Shown: piece by piece, positions 31,482 through 41,808 of the stretch
How positions within the stretch are numbered: the first letter of the stretch is position 1
Layout of the letters: the number at the start of each line of letters is the position of its first letter
Origin: a virus
Direction: 5' to 3' (one strand)
Length of the DNA stretch: 64,000 nt
Virus record (IMG/VR): IMGVR_UViG_3300032093_000068
Span: 21,547 to 85,546 of that record
Program-made: the position numbers and the translations under genes
Notes under the pieces: generated by a model
Told to the model about the DNA's origin: nothing
What the model saw: the letters and a program-made list of their open reading frames with translations, nothing else
The model's database searches: none

Positions 31482-32812
31482 ATTAACGATATGGTTTTTA
31501 ATTTGTTGGATTTGATATCACGTTCCAATTGTTTAACTTTGATTATTTCTATCTTAACTCCGCCCAATCTATTTATCATCTCTTGACGTAATTTATTTTC
31601 AGTATCTGTGTTGAACTTTTCGTTGGGGATGATATAGAACATTAATGATTTATCTTCTTTTCTTTGTATTATTTGGAACATGTCCACTTCATCAATCTTA
31701 GACATGAACGAATAGAAGTTAACCGCCGGAACAAACGAATTTGAATCAGTAACAAGCATATCTCCATTTCTCCCTTCAATGTCCAATATACTTTTTGGGT
31801 ATGGGTTATTTAACTCACAAGTATTATTAAACAATACTTTATCATTAGTTTTGTACCTTATTAACGGCATTACTTCATTATAAAATCCGGTTCCAATTAT
31901 TATTGAATTTTCATCATACTCATTTAATCCATATAATAAATTTTCTTTATAGAAATCATTTTCATAATCTTGATGTGCAAATGATACTTTTTCTACTTGA
32001 CCATAATGCATCTTAATTTCAATACCTAAATTATCTTTGATTTTTGTCCTCCAATATGGTAAACATACTTCAGAAGCCCCGTGTAGATGGGTGACATGTT
32101 TCAAACGTAAACCATATTTATTACATAAAACAGAAAAATAAAATAGTGTTGATGGGTATGAGACCAATATTTCAGTTTTAGATAAATTAATATGGTTAAC
32201 ATAGTCATGGATAGTATTATCATTTAAATTAAATGCGGACATGTAACTACGATTAAGTTCAGGTTCATTAATGAAAATAGGGTCTTTAGGTCCAGGTGAA
32301 TATCTTCTAATCCAAATTGAATGTTGGTCATATAGATTGGCACCGTGTTCATTGAATGCGTTGGTAATGAATGCAGCCTCAATTTTAAATAGGTCATCAG
32401 TTCCAAGTATCTCTAATCTTTTTCCTGTTGTACCAGATGAGTTCATTTTATATGTTTTACCATTAAAATTCTGGTTAATTAAAGAACTAAAGTTATCAAT
32501 TATGATTTCTTTAGTTAAAATAGGTAACAAATTTAAATCATCAAGTTTTTTTATTTTAAAATCGAATCCGTTTTCTTTGAAAAGATTTCTGTAGTATGGG
32601 ACATTATCATTTGCGAGTTTTAAAACTTCTCTTGTTTTTTGTAATTGGTAGTTCTTGGCTTGGTCATAAGACCAACTCTTTGATTTTTTAATCAGTGATA
32701 AAAATTCTAAGTATTTTTTACCGTATCTATATTTAAATGGGATTATCCCATACAATATATTACGTATTGGTTTTCTTTTATTTTTTATGTAATTTCCTAT
32801 TGATGACCCCAT
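31478..32812 (-). CDS. Adenylate-forming enzyme (phenylacetate-CoA ligase/CapK-like)
   Basis: NVPYY, LPILTK, SSGTTG, YGQVE, PLIRYKTND, IEGR; start at 32812 avoids a long overlap. Confidence 0.85.
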   Translation of the reverse strand: MGSSIGNYIKNKRKPIRNILYGIIPFKYRYGKKYLEFLSLIKKSKSWSYDQAKNYQLQKTREVLKLANDNVPYYRNLFKENGFDFKIKKLDDLNLLPILTKEIIIDNFSSLINQNFNGKTYKMNSSGTTGKRLEILGTDDLFKIEAAFITNAFNEHGANLYDQHSIWIRRYSPGPKDPIFINEPELNRSYMSAFNLNDNTIHDYVNHINLSKTEILVSYPSTLFYFSVLCNKYGLRLKHVTHLHGASEVCLPYWRTKIKDNLGIEIKMHYGQVEKVSFAHQDYENDFYKENLLYGLNEYDENSIIIGTGFYNEVMPLIRYKTNDKVLFNNTCELNNPYPKSILDIEGRNGDMLVTDSNSFVPAVNFYSFMSKIDEVDMFQIIQRKEDKSLMFYIIPNEKFNTDTENKLRQEMINRLGGVKIEIIKVKQLERDIKSNKLKTISLI

Positions 32813-32813
32813 T

Positions 32814-34634
32814 TTATTTTTTTTTAAAAATATAATTTTCTTTATCAAGAATACACACAATTCCATATCCTAATTCTGATAAAAAATTTACAATGTCTTT
32901 AAACGTATAGTTACGAGTCGCCAAAGCAATTTCAGATAGTTCAATACATATTGTTACATCATTGTTTTTTAGATAGGTTGACCCCCCAATTACAACTTCA
33001 TAATCAAATCCATCAACATCTATCTTTAAAATAGTCGGACTTATTCCTGTACTCTCAGTATAGTCGTCAATTGTTGTGAATTCGTACTCACCCTCAAAAG
33101 GGGACATACCCCAAATCTTGTATATCTTTTCTTTTATTTTTCCTGACACAGATCCAAACGCTAATTTATGTAAATTAACATTTTTTATTTTATTATTTTC
33201 AATATTTGGTTTGAGTAAGTCATCATAGGTTTGTGTTGGTTCAAATGAATAAACATTTTTTGTTTTTTCGGAGAATAATATTGTGTACAATCCAATATGA
33301 GACCCAATGTCAAAAACAATATCATCTTCTTGTAAATTTTCTAAAAACCATTTTCTAGTTTGAGGTTCTACATTAACACCATTATTTGCATAATAAGAAT
33401 CAAAAAAATCATAAAACTCAAAAGAAAAATTTTTATCATTAATATTAATAGTAGTTCTACCCATTTTTTCTAATTTTACTTTATTTAATTTACTTTCCCA
33501 TTCTTGTAATGGTTTTATTTTCCACATTTTTTCAGGTAAATTTTGTAAAAACTTAACATCCAATTCAATAACATCATTATTTAAAATCATCTTACCTGAT
33601 TTATTTATTAAAGATTCAGGCTTTCTACAAATATCATAATGAAATATTTTATATTTATCCGCCCAATTAAAAACTTCCTTATATTCTTGATTCATTATAT
33701 AAAACATGTAATTATCACAGGAAGGGGCGCTCCCGACAGGAATACCACACGGGAAAGAATTTTCAGTTAATTTCAACGGTGTCTTAAATACCCACGCATC
33801 GGCAAATTCACCTCTATCCCACGCTCCTTGGTCTATGAAAAAATAATTATCATTAATATACTCAGTTCTGGAAAGGGCTAAAGCACATTCATTACTTGTC
33901 GGGATAAAAAATTCTCTATCAACATTTTTCCATTCATCATTATCAGGAAAAAAAATATCGAGATTAGTTACCGCTACAATCTCATTTTCTGATATAAATT
34001 TTTTACACATCTCGACAAAATTGTTAAAAAGAAATCTTTTATTTACGGGGTCTAATACTAATGTAATTTTATCTGTTTTATATAATTTTTCAGTAAATAA
34101 ATTTTTAAAGTACTCTTCGTTATAAGTAAAAGTTTGTTCATAACAAACCAAATATATTTTTTTTATATTTTGATTATTTATATTTTTATTTATACAATAA
34201 ACGTACTCATTAAGTCTTTCATTATTTGCCTCAAAAAATATTTCACAAAATAAATTTATTTTTTTTTCATTCTCATATGGGTCGAATGATTTTAATAATA
34301 AGTTATTATTGAAAAATAACTCTGAATTTATTCCTTTATCATCTATAAAATGATCCGAATTAAATTTAATTCCCGTTCTTAGTTGGTGAAACTTCAGTCC
34401 GAATTCAATCAATTGGTTATATGTTTGTTCGTACCAATTTTTTTTGGATACGCACCCTCTTGCGGTTTCAACGATTATTTGATGACCATCATCAAATAAT
34501 TTATTTATATAATTTACTCTATTTTTAAATGGTTTCGCGGATAGATAATCCCAATTCCCATCTTCATTTTTTTTAGTATCACATATTGTATTATCCAAAT
34601 CAAACACATATGTCAATTTTTTTTTAACATCCAT
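32814..34634 (-). CDS. Fusion: HAD phosphatase + GT-like central domain + FkbM methyltransferase
   Basis: FDLDNTIC...TARG...FIDDK; central TNLDIFF...ALSR...DAW; C-terminal FDIGSHIG, FEP, KIDVDG. Confidence 0.75.
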   Translation of the reverse strand: MDVKKKLTYVFDLDNTICDTKKNEDGNWDYLSAKPFKNRVNYINKLFDDGHQIIVETARGCVSKKNWYEQTYNQLIEFGLKFHQLRTGIKFNSDHFIDDKGINSELFFNNNLLLKSFDPYENEKKINLFCEIFFEANNERLNEYVYCINKNINNQNIKKIYLVCYEQTFTYNEEYFKNLFTEKLYKTDKITLVLDPVNKRFLFNNFVEMCKKFISENEIVAVTNLDIFFPDNDEWKNVDREFFIPTSNECALALSRTEYINDNYFFIDQGAWDRGEFADAWVFKTPLKLTENSFPCGIPVGSAPSCDNYMFYIMNQEYKEVFNWADKYKIFHYDICRKPESLINKSGKMILNNDVIELDVKFLQNLPEKMWKIKPLQEWESKLNKVKLEKMGRTTININDKNFSFEFYDFFDSYYANNGVNVEPQTRKWFLENLQEDDIVFDIGSHIGLYTILFSEKTKNVYSFEPTQTYDDLLKPNIENNKIKNVNLHKLAFGSVSGKIKEKIYKIWGMSPFEGEYEFTTIDDYTESTGISPTILKIDVDGFDYEVVIGGSTYLKNNDVTICIELSEIALATRNYTFKDIVNFLSELGYGIVCILDKENYIFKKK

Positions 34635-35517
34635 AAACCGTCTTTAATGTATCAAACACTTTGAAATCAACATTATTATTAATGAATAGTGTTCCTATAA
34701 AAATATTACTACTACCACCCATAATATAGTCACACTTGGATAGTAATAAAGAGTCTGTTAATATTAAAAAATACTCCTCTTTAAGGGTTAGTTTCTTATC
34801 GACCCAATCGCTATTTAACGACTCCACCCTTTTATAATCAGTAAACAATACTTTTTCCTCACCGAACTTAGTTACCATTAAATCAATAAAATATTTAACA
34901 TCGCACGCGACAAATATTTTATCATAATTATTTCTTTTAAACTCATCATCTATTTCATTTAAAATGATTTTGTAGTACTCATCAGGTGATATTCTATTTG
35001 AAATCGGTTCCCCTTCAGGTTTATTATACGTGTAATGTAATGGTATTCTAACCGTTACACCCAAATTTTTTTTTCCAAATTTACTTAGATATTTTGATAC
35101 GTTATCATTAATTGTTTGTTTTATTTGTATTTTTTGATACGCTTTATTATATTCATTTCTGATATTTTGAAAATATTCTTCTTTGAATATTTCAGGTTTA
35201 CTCCAAAAATGACCGTTGTAATTTTTATAGTATGGCATAATAGTATTAATATCACTATAGACATAGTTATTGTGATAAAATCTATAGTGAAATAATTTTT
35301 TAGTATCTTTATTATCCACAAATCCCATATTAGGTTGTTCAAAAAACAAATCCCATAGATTATGATCTAAGGTGTTCTTACAAGTCCAATCAACATAAAT
35401 ATTTTCTTCATTATATATTGAGTTATGTATCCAGTCTAAAATTATTAGAAATTTAGAAAAAAAACCTCCAGGTAAAGAACCAGCACAATCATTTTCAATT
35501 ATTATCATAACACACAA
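34624..35517 (-). CDS. NodZ/GT23-like fucosyltransferase-fold protein
   Basis: GGFFS, LGVTVR, IFVACD, DSLLLSKCDYIMGGSSN. Confidence 0.65.
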   Translation of the reverse strand: MCVMIIIENDCAGSLPGGFFSKFLIILDWIHNSIYNEENIYVDWTCKNTLDHNLWDLFFEQPNMGFVDNKDTKKLFHYRFYHNNYVYSDINTIMPYYKNYNGHFWSKPEIFKEEYFQNIRNEYNKAYQKIQIKQTINDNVSKYLSKFGKKNLGVTVRIPLHYTYNKPEGEPISNRISPDEYYKIILNEIDDEFKRNNYDKIFVACDVKYFIDLMVTKFGEEKVLFTDYKRVESLNSDWVDKKLTLKEEYFLILTDSLLLSKCDYIMGGSSNIFIGTLFINNNVDFKVFDTLKTVYGC

Positions 35518-36407
35518 CTAATTAAATTATTTAAATTATTTTCATAAAAAAATTTATATAGATATTTTTTGTAAAAATATTCTTCAGAACCAATGCGATA
35601 TATTGAATCAGTAAACACCTCGTAGTTTTTTTTCACGGATTCTATTTTTGATATGTACAACTCCGGAGATAACTTATCGATTATTTGTAGTAATTCTTCA
35701 GTCGTGCTAAAAGTTATTATACCGTTCAAATCTAAGTTAAAAACTTTTTTTATTTGTTCATCATCATGGCTACCACCCCAATAAATTGGGATTGTTCCCG
35801 CCCAATAAGGCTCCATTATTTTTTCACTAAAATAATAGTCATAGTCATCATTTTCCACTATCAAAGTAAACATATAATCTTTATATGCTAGAACTCGTTC
35901 TAATTGAGGAAACGGACTGTTTGTTCCTGTTCCCATTTGATTGACTCTACCTCCTAAAATTTTACCTAATTCATGTCTGTAGTTGTGACCCTTTGTTGCT
36001 CTTTTGTTAGAGTACGCGAAACTTATTAATTTTTCTTTGTTTTCGTAAAAATTGACATGTTCATCCGGAAAGTGCCTTCTCCAACTCGCAGGAATTACAA
36101 AGAGATATTTTTTTGGATTTTTTATGATTAAATTTTTATCATGTGTAAATATATAATCATATTTTTTTTCAACTCCCTCCAAAAATGAAATGTCATAAGG
36201 GATTATCGATTTCGATTCACATAACCAAGCGATGTTTATTTTTGACCTAACATTATCTACCATGTTATTTTTTACAAAATTGTCAGTATAAATCGTAATA
36301 CCATCAAAATCCATTTGATTTTTGATATATCTGAAGTCAGTAGGTAAAAAATCGGATGATGATACCTGATGAGAAAAAACGTCATCAAATAAATTTATTG
36401 TGTTCAT
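35505..36407 (-). CDS. GT10-like (alpha-1,3/4-fucosyltransferase-like) glycosyltransferase
   Basis: YMFTLIVEN...YFSEKI...GTIPIYWG. Confidence 0.75.
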   Translation of the reverse strand: MNTINLFDDVFSHQVSSSDFLPTDFRYIKNQMDFDGITIYTDNFVKNNMVDNVRSKINIAWLCESKSIIPYDISFLEGVEKKYDYIFTHDKNLIIKNPKKYLFVIPASWRRHFPDEHVNFYENKEKLISFAYSNKRATKGHNYRHELGKILGGRVNQMGTGTNSPFPQLERVLAYKDYMFTLIVENDDYDYYFSEKIMEPYWAGTIPIYWGGSHDDEQIKKVFNLDLNGIITFSTTEELLQIIDKLSPELYISKIESVKKNYEVFTDSIYRIGSEEYFYKKYLYKFFYENNLNNLISCVL

Positions 36408-36414
36408 ATTAATT

Positions 36415-37227
36415 TTAATTTGTTATCAATTCACCATTGTGGTGATAAACTTTTATTAACTCCCAATCTTTTTCGAAAATATCTGCAAAGTAGTTTGGTC
36501 CACTTGGGCCAAACCAAATAGATGGGGCTACAACTCTTTTGTTTGCGTTTTTATTCAAAAAAGCACCCCACCAAGAGAATGTTGAATTTGAAATTATGTT
36601 ATGATTACAAAGACTCATAATCCATATCTCAATATAATCCTCCTCATTTACTACTGTTGAGTTAGGTAGAGTTAAATTACTATTAACCCAATCTTTATCA
36701 TCTGTAAAAATGAATATATGGGAAATATTCCCAAAAACAGAAAGAGACTTTTCAATATATGATTTTGAAACTGACGGGTGGACATCAGGAAAATTTTTGT
36801 AGTCTCCCCTTCTGACGTGTAAAGACAGTGTATTACCTAAATTAATTTGAGGGTATTTTTCAATTAAATAACTTTTAGTAATATCATCAACTTCAAATAA
36901 ATTTTTTATTTCATTACTGTAATTCAAAAAATTTTTAGAACTTTGGTAATATCCGTAAAACTCTATTGGTTTATCCCAAATAATGGTCTTTTCTTCATAA
37001 AACCAATTAGGTTCTATATATGTTTTGTATCCAGATAGTTCACTTTTAAAAACTAACTTTCTAAAAATATTTGATACATAATGAGATGTATTTTTACCTT
37101 GGAGGTGTGTTGAGGAAACGGGCTTGAAAAAACAATCTATGTTTTCTTTCAAAGATTGGGAATATGCGTTTGCGATTTGGAACATTTGGTTCCCTAACCC
37201 ACCCATTAAATGCGCTGTTGTATACAT
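36415..37227 (-). CDS. GT11 alpha-1,2-fucosyltransferase-like
   Basis: GGLGNQMFQ, GYYQS, LHVRRGDY, NSTFSWWGA. Confidence 0.9.
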   Translation of the reverse strand: MYTTAHLMGGLGNQMFQIANAYSQSLKENIDCFFKPVSSTHLQGKNTSHYVSNIFRKLVFKSELSGYKTYIEPNWFYEEKTIIWDKPIEFYGYYQSSKNFLNYSNEIKNLFEVDDITKSYLIEKYPQINLGNTLSLHVRRGDYKNFPDVHPSVSKSYIEKSLSVFGNISHIFIFTDDKDWVNSNLTLPNSTVVNEEDYIEIWIMSLCNHNIISNSTFSWWGAFLNKNANKRVVAPSIWFGPSGPNYFADIFEKDWELIKVYHHNGELITN

Positions 37228-37233
37228 ATGTTA

Positions 37234-37857
37234 TTATTTTATTAACCAATTATAATCCATTATTGAATTTTGTATATCAGAATAAGTAACAATTTGAGAT
37301 GTCAAGTTTGGGACACTTGAGTATGCGTTATATTTTCTTTGTAAATTAGCCATCATAACATCATTTTCAGTTTCAAAATTTAATAGATTAAATATCAACT
37401 CTTCGAAAACATGTGACTTGAGTAAAACACAATGCGCTGAATAACTATTGTTTAGTTTTATACATTTCTCATTCACGGTTTTAGTTTTTTCGCCGATATG
37501 GTAATTATGATTGGCTCCAAAATACATCATATCCCAATCTTTTGGAACATTGATCACGTAATTATGTAATTTTTCATTAAAACTTTCAACAAAAACACAA
37601 TCATCCTCAATTATAATAATATCTTCCTTATTCTCATTTTTCCAATCTATATAAATGTTGATGTATGTATTAATCAATCCAAACATGCCATCAGTAAGTT
37701 TTGTTGTATTTTTTAATTTCTTCCCATTTATTGCCTCAATAAATGTATAATTGATACAATTAATTTTTTTTAATTCATTAACTATGTGTTTTTTTCTATC
37801 TGTTCTTTCTTTGAGGTTAATAACGTAAACTGAATCTGAAAGTTCGTTGAGTGTCAT
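37234..37857 (-). CDS. GT25-like glycosyltransferase
   Basis: YVINLKERTDRK, EAING, IIEDD, DWDMMYFG. Confidence 0.8.
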   Translation of the reverse strand: MTLNELSDSVYVINLKERTDRKKHIVNELKKINCINYTFIEAINGKKLKNTTKLTDGMFGLINTYINIYIDWKNENKEDIIIIEDDCVFVESFNEKLHNYVINVPKDWDMMYFGANHNYHIGEKTKTVNEKCIKLNNSYSAHCVLLKSHVFEELIFNLLNFETENDVMMANLQRKYNAYSSVPNLTSQIVTYSDIQNSIMDYNWLIK

Positions 37858-38072
37858 GAATTAACATTTTTAAAATTTTTATCCATTATTTTTTTATACA
37901 ATTCCGATTGATTTTGATTGGCGGTTGTGGAAACGGTTCCATCTTTTTCATGGTGAAAATATGTAAAAAGTGGTTTTGGTATTCTAAATCCTTTATATCC
38001 ATTTTTACCCATCCTTATCCATAAATCATAATCCTCCCAACCGAAAAGTGAAGTTAAAAAAATATTTTCCAT
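37854..38072 (-). pseudogene. C-terminal fragment of a GT2 glycosyltransferase
   Basis: GWEDYDLWIRM...IPKPLFTYFHH; nucleotide-binding N-terminal half absent. Confidence 0.65.
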
Positions 38073-38852
38073 TTAAATTTTTTTATATTTTTTCTGATGA
38101 GACCGAATATAATTCCCATACTTTATCGCATTTGATAAATTTTTATTATGCTCATTGCTAGGTAATGTATTATTGTAATGATATAAAATTTCATCTAAAA
38201 AATATGATTTTTCATTTCCACACATTTCACAGAATGGAAATAAGTAAGCCGCATCACCACAATATGTAAAATAAGAATTCGGGACAAACGGGTCTAATAA
38301 ATCATTTGAATTTAATTTGTGAAATAGAAAAGATAAAGATGTTCTGAAATGTGAAACTGACCAATATTGTCTAGATTGGTAAATTATATTGTCATTTGGT
38401 AATTTTTTAGACTCACCTGGTTGACCATCATTTTTTTTATGTTGAGCCCAAACCATCCATAAGTCTTTTTCTTTATATATTTTTTCAATTTTAGATACCG
38501 CATCACTATCTATCAAATAATCATCACCATCTACAACTCCAATAATTGAGTCTAAATTATTCACATAATTTATTACACTATCATATATATTCCCTACAGG
38601 GTATAATTTATTTTTATTTTTTATAAAAATAACATCTTTGTTTTTGAATTTAAAATTCAATATATCTGAGTCTATACTAAAATAGTTTTTAATTATTTCA
38701 GTTGTTTCATCATTTGAAACATCATCCCTAATTATGACACCCAAATCACTATACGATTGATTAAAAATTGAATCCAAACATTCAATTATAAGATTTTTTA
38801 CATTATATAACGGAATTACTATTATAAATTTATTTGATAGTTTTTTCATCAA
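38073..38852 (-). CDS. Glycosyltransferase family 2
   Basis: IVIPLYN, CLDSIFNQSY, DDVSND, VDGDD. Confidence 0.88.
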   Translation of the reverse strand: MMKKLSNKFIIVIPLYNVKNLIIECLDSIFNQSYSDLGVIIRDDVSNDETTEIIKNYFSIDSDILNFKFKNKDVIFIKNKNKLYPVGNIYDSVINYVNNLDSIIGVVDGDDYLIDSDAVSKIEKIYKEKDLWMVWAQHKKNDGQPGESKKLPNDNIIYQSRQYWSVSHFRTSLSFLFHKLNSNDLLDPFVPNSYFTYCGDAAYLFPFCEMCGNEKSYFLDEILYHYNNTLPSNEHNKNLSNAIKYGNYIRSHQKKYKKI

Positions 38853-40483
38853 TTTAATATTTTTATATATTCATCATTTATTTTACTGACCACATTTGAT
38901 ACATAAAACTTATCAATGTCAAGTGGAGGTGAAAATAATTTTTTTCCTAATATTTGTCCTTTATCATTCACATTGTAGATCCAACTTGGCTTACCACACA
39001 TCCAACTTTCAATAGTCGTTCTTCCCAAAAGTATTCCGGCGGTTTCACTACATTCATGTATATATTTACTCACTTCTAACGTTGGTCCGAAATGTTTTAC
39101 ATGTTTGTTTAAAAGTATTTCATTTAAATAGTTCGATTTATTTTCACCGACTAACCACAGTTCCTTTTTTTCTTTTTCTGAAGTAATAATCAAATCTCTA
39201 ATTGTTTTCTCTCTAAGATAATCAATAGACCCTACAAATAAAATATAATTTTTAGATTTTATATTTTTATTATAAAACTTTGTTTCATCCACTGGATTGT
39301 AAATCACGTCAATTAGATTTTCATCTATTCCAAATTTACTAACGATTTGTTCTTTTATTTCAGGTCTAATCGCGACGTATTTTTTAATACTTGGGTGGAT
39401 AACTGGATTTTCTAAGTCTATAACTTCTGAGTGAATTGTACAAATTTTATCTACATTCGGATATAACATATTTAGCACATCAACAATTGGTTTGTGTTGA
39501 CAGTGGATAATATCAAAATTAACTTCCGACATTTTATAGTATTGGTTTGGTTTTGATAATTCTTGACCTCTTTCAGTTTTTAACGCCCATTTACCATCGC
39601 CCATTTTAAATCCTGGTGCATCTTTAATATTTTTAACTTTAACACCGTTTTTCTCGGCTAATCCAACCAAAGGTCCGTTAGTTTCCGCGGCGACAACTGT
39701 AACATCACAATTTAGTTTAACCAAATTTTTTGATAATTCATAAACATACATTTCTGAACCTGTAAATTTTTGGAAAAATAAACAACCTATTAAAACTTTT
39801 AATTTATCATTTTCAGTTATTTTAACTTTTATCGGCAATATATTTTTATATTTTTCCGCAAAAATTTGTCTATTATATTCCCACTTTTCATTTGTTATTC
39901 CAATCGATTTATGTGTAATTCTAATATTGAACATAACACCGATTTTAACATCTTCTAAGTGATTCTGAAAGGTAAATTCTACATCATAAAAATGGAATCC
40001 CTCAACTGTTTCGTCAAATCTTTTTTTGATTTTGTTTTTGTTAAACGAAATAAATAAACCATCAACAATTGCGGTTTGTTTTATATCATTTTCCTCGTTT
40101 TGTGAATATTTTGATACCCATTTTTTTCCTTCATGTTCGTGATTTACCACACCATACATTTTGGATCTATCTTCCCACCATTGTCCAGATGATGGCATAT
40201 AAGTTGATCCCGCCACACCAAGAATTCCGTATTCGTTATTTTTTTCAAAAGTTTTCAAAAGTTTCTTACCCCAATTTTTGGTATCAAAATATATATCATC
40301 ATGACATAATACAACAATATCATTTGATGATTGGTCAATTATCTCGTTATAAACTTTTGATAACGACTTTTCTCCATTATTTACCTTCTCAATAACCTCC
40401 ACGTTTTTCAATCCGCAAGATTGTTTGAGATATTCTTGAAATTTTGGATTTTCTTCTCTTGTGCTATATCCTATTGTAATCAT
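38849..40483 (-). CDS. Two-domain glycosyltransferase (GT-A + GT-B/GT4-like)
   Basis: LCHDD, FHFYD in N-terminal half; TGSEMYVYEL, IYNPVDETKF, GRTTIESWMCGKP in C-terminal half. Confidence 0.8.
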   Translation of the reverse strand: MITIGYSTREENPKFQEYLKQSCGLKNVEVIEKVNNGEKSLSKVYNEIIDQSSNDIVVLCHDDIYFDTKNWGKKLLKTFEKNNEYGILGVAGSTYMPSSGQWWEDRSKMYGVVNHEHEGKKWVSKYSQNEENDIKQTAIVDGLFISFNKNKIKKRFDETVEGFHFYDVEFTFQNHLEDVKIGVMFNIRITHKSIGITNEKWEYNRQIFAEKYKNILPIKVKITENDKLKVLIGCLFFQKFTGSEMYVYELSKNLVKLNCDVTVVAAETNGPLVGLAEKNGVKVKNIKDAPGFKMGDGKWALKTERGQELSKPNQYYKMSEVNFDIIHCQHKPIVDVLNMLYPNVDKICTIHSEVIDLENPVIHPSIKKYVAIRPEIKEQIVSKFGIDENLIDVIYNPVDETKFYNKNIKSKNYILFVGSIDYLREKTIRDLIITSEKEKKELWLVGENKSNYLNEILLNKHVKHFGPTLEVSKYIHECSETAGILLGRTTIESWMCGKPSWIYNVNDKGQILGKKLFSPPLDIDKFYVSNVVSKINDEYIKILN

Positions 40484-40486
40484 CTT

Positions 40487-41110
40487 TTAAAAAAGTCCTG
40501 TTGATCCAAATCCGTTTAGATTTCTATCTTTTTCTTTAATATCTGAAACTTCCTCAAACTCTATCATTGTTCCATTTGCAACGTAAGAAAATACGCCTTG
40601 TGCAACTTTCATTCCTTTCTTAATTATAACAGTTTCGTTTGTCGTATTAAATAGTATAACTTGAACTTCATTTGTATATCCGTTATCAACTGTGCCAGGT
40701 GAATTTAAAACCATAAGACCTTGTTTTAACGCCAAACCGCTTTTGCTTCTAACTTGAAGTTCTATATTTGAAGGTAAGTCAAATCTTAAACCGGTCGGAA
40801 TAAGAGCTCTTCCAAACGGACCGATTTCAATTTCTTTTGTTGAATAAAAATCAAATCCTGAATCAGTTGCGTAGTTATATGATGGTAATACTGCATCCTC
40901 ATGTGTTTTATTTATCTTCACACTTATTGAAAATTTATCAGGTAACATTTCTTTTTCCATCTGCTCTAAATCTAAATCAAATGCATCTTTAACATATTGG
41001 TTCAACTCAGATTGATCTGAAAAATCTTCATCATCCTCAATTCCGAATGTTTTTTGAAGTTCTTTTAACGTTTCCTCAATTTTTTTTAAATCTTCCGGTT
41101 CGGTAATCAT
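40487..41110 (-). CDS. dut: Trimeric dUTPase with acidic N-terminal extension
   Basis: DSGFD, RSKSGLA, GTVDNGY, VAQ, RNLNGFGSTG. Confidence 0.92.
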   Translation of the reverse strand: MITEPEDLKKIEETLKELQKTFGIEDDEDFSDQSELNQYVKDAFDLDLEQMEKEMLPDKFSISVKINKTHEDAVLPSYNYATDSGFDFYSTKEIEIGPFGRALIPTGLRFDLPSNIELQVRSKSGLALKQGLMVLNSPGTVDNGYTNEVQVILFNTTNETVIIKKGMKVAQGVFSYVANGTMIEFEEVSDIKEKDRNLNGFGSTGLF

Positions 41111-41808
41111 TTTAATTCTTTAAATTTTTTTATAACATCAATTAATACTTTGACATCTTTTTCGCAGTATTCTGATATTTCTTTAAGTTTATTTTCTTTC
41201 CAAAATGCATGATGAACTTTTTTTCCCGTTACCTCACCATCTTTTGGTGATTCAACTCCCATGCTTGCGCACATTAGATCAAGTGATCCGATTGCGGTAT
41301 AAGCGCCAAATTGCCATAATTCCTTTGTGTCAATTGCTTTTATTTCCCAAGGTTTTGTATCATAATTTGGTAGAATCGCCGGTGGCATGATTCCATTTAT
41401 AACCATTCGTTTTGATAACATCGGAATATCAAAGTTCTTTAAGTTATGACCACATAAATAAAAACCCAATTTTCCGCATCTATCCAATAATTTTTGCGTT
41501 TCCTTTAAAACAACAGATTCGTCATGAGATGAAAATGTTTGAGATTTTATTTCTCCTTTGTCCGTTACAAAAGATACGCTAACGCAAATAACTTTTGCAA
41601 ATTCGGGCACAAGCGCCGATCTTAACGAAAAGACATAATCAAATGATTGTCCTTGATCCTCAGGAAACCTTTTTTGAAACCAATCAAAATAGTTTGAGAA
41701 TTGTTCTGCCAATCTTGGATACATTTCCTGCAATTGACTGTAATCGTATGTTATTCCAACTGTTTCAATATCAAGAAACAGTATTTTGGATAAGGGAATA
41801 TTGATCAT
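41107..41808 (-). CDS. DEDD 3'-5' exonuclease (PolB-exo-like)
   Basis: FLDIETV, GHNLKNFDIP, YCEKDV; second ATG preferred. Confidence 0.85.
   Translation of the reverse strand: MINIPLSKILFLDIETVGITYDYSQLQEMYPRLAEQFSNYFDWFQKRFPEDQGQSFDYVFSLRSALVPEFAKVICVSVSFVTDKGEIKSQTFSSHDESVVLKETQKLLDRCGKLGFYLCGHNLKNFDIPMLSKRMVINGIMPPAILPNYDTKPWEIKAIDTKELWQFGAYTAIGSLDLMCASMGVESPKDGEVTGKKVHHAFWKENKLKEISEYCEKDVKVLIDVIKKFKELK

Noticed and set aside
38070-38075. Second readthrough site (TAA-ATG in frame between GT2 and GT2 fragment)
   Set aside because: No matched flanking codons or structure, and the upstream GT2 is already complete; a deletion remnant is simpler.
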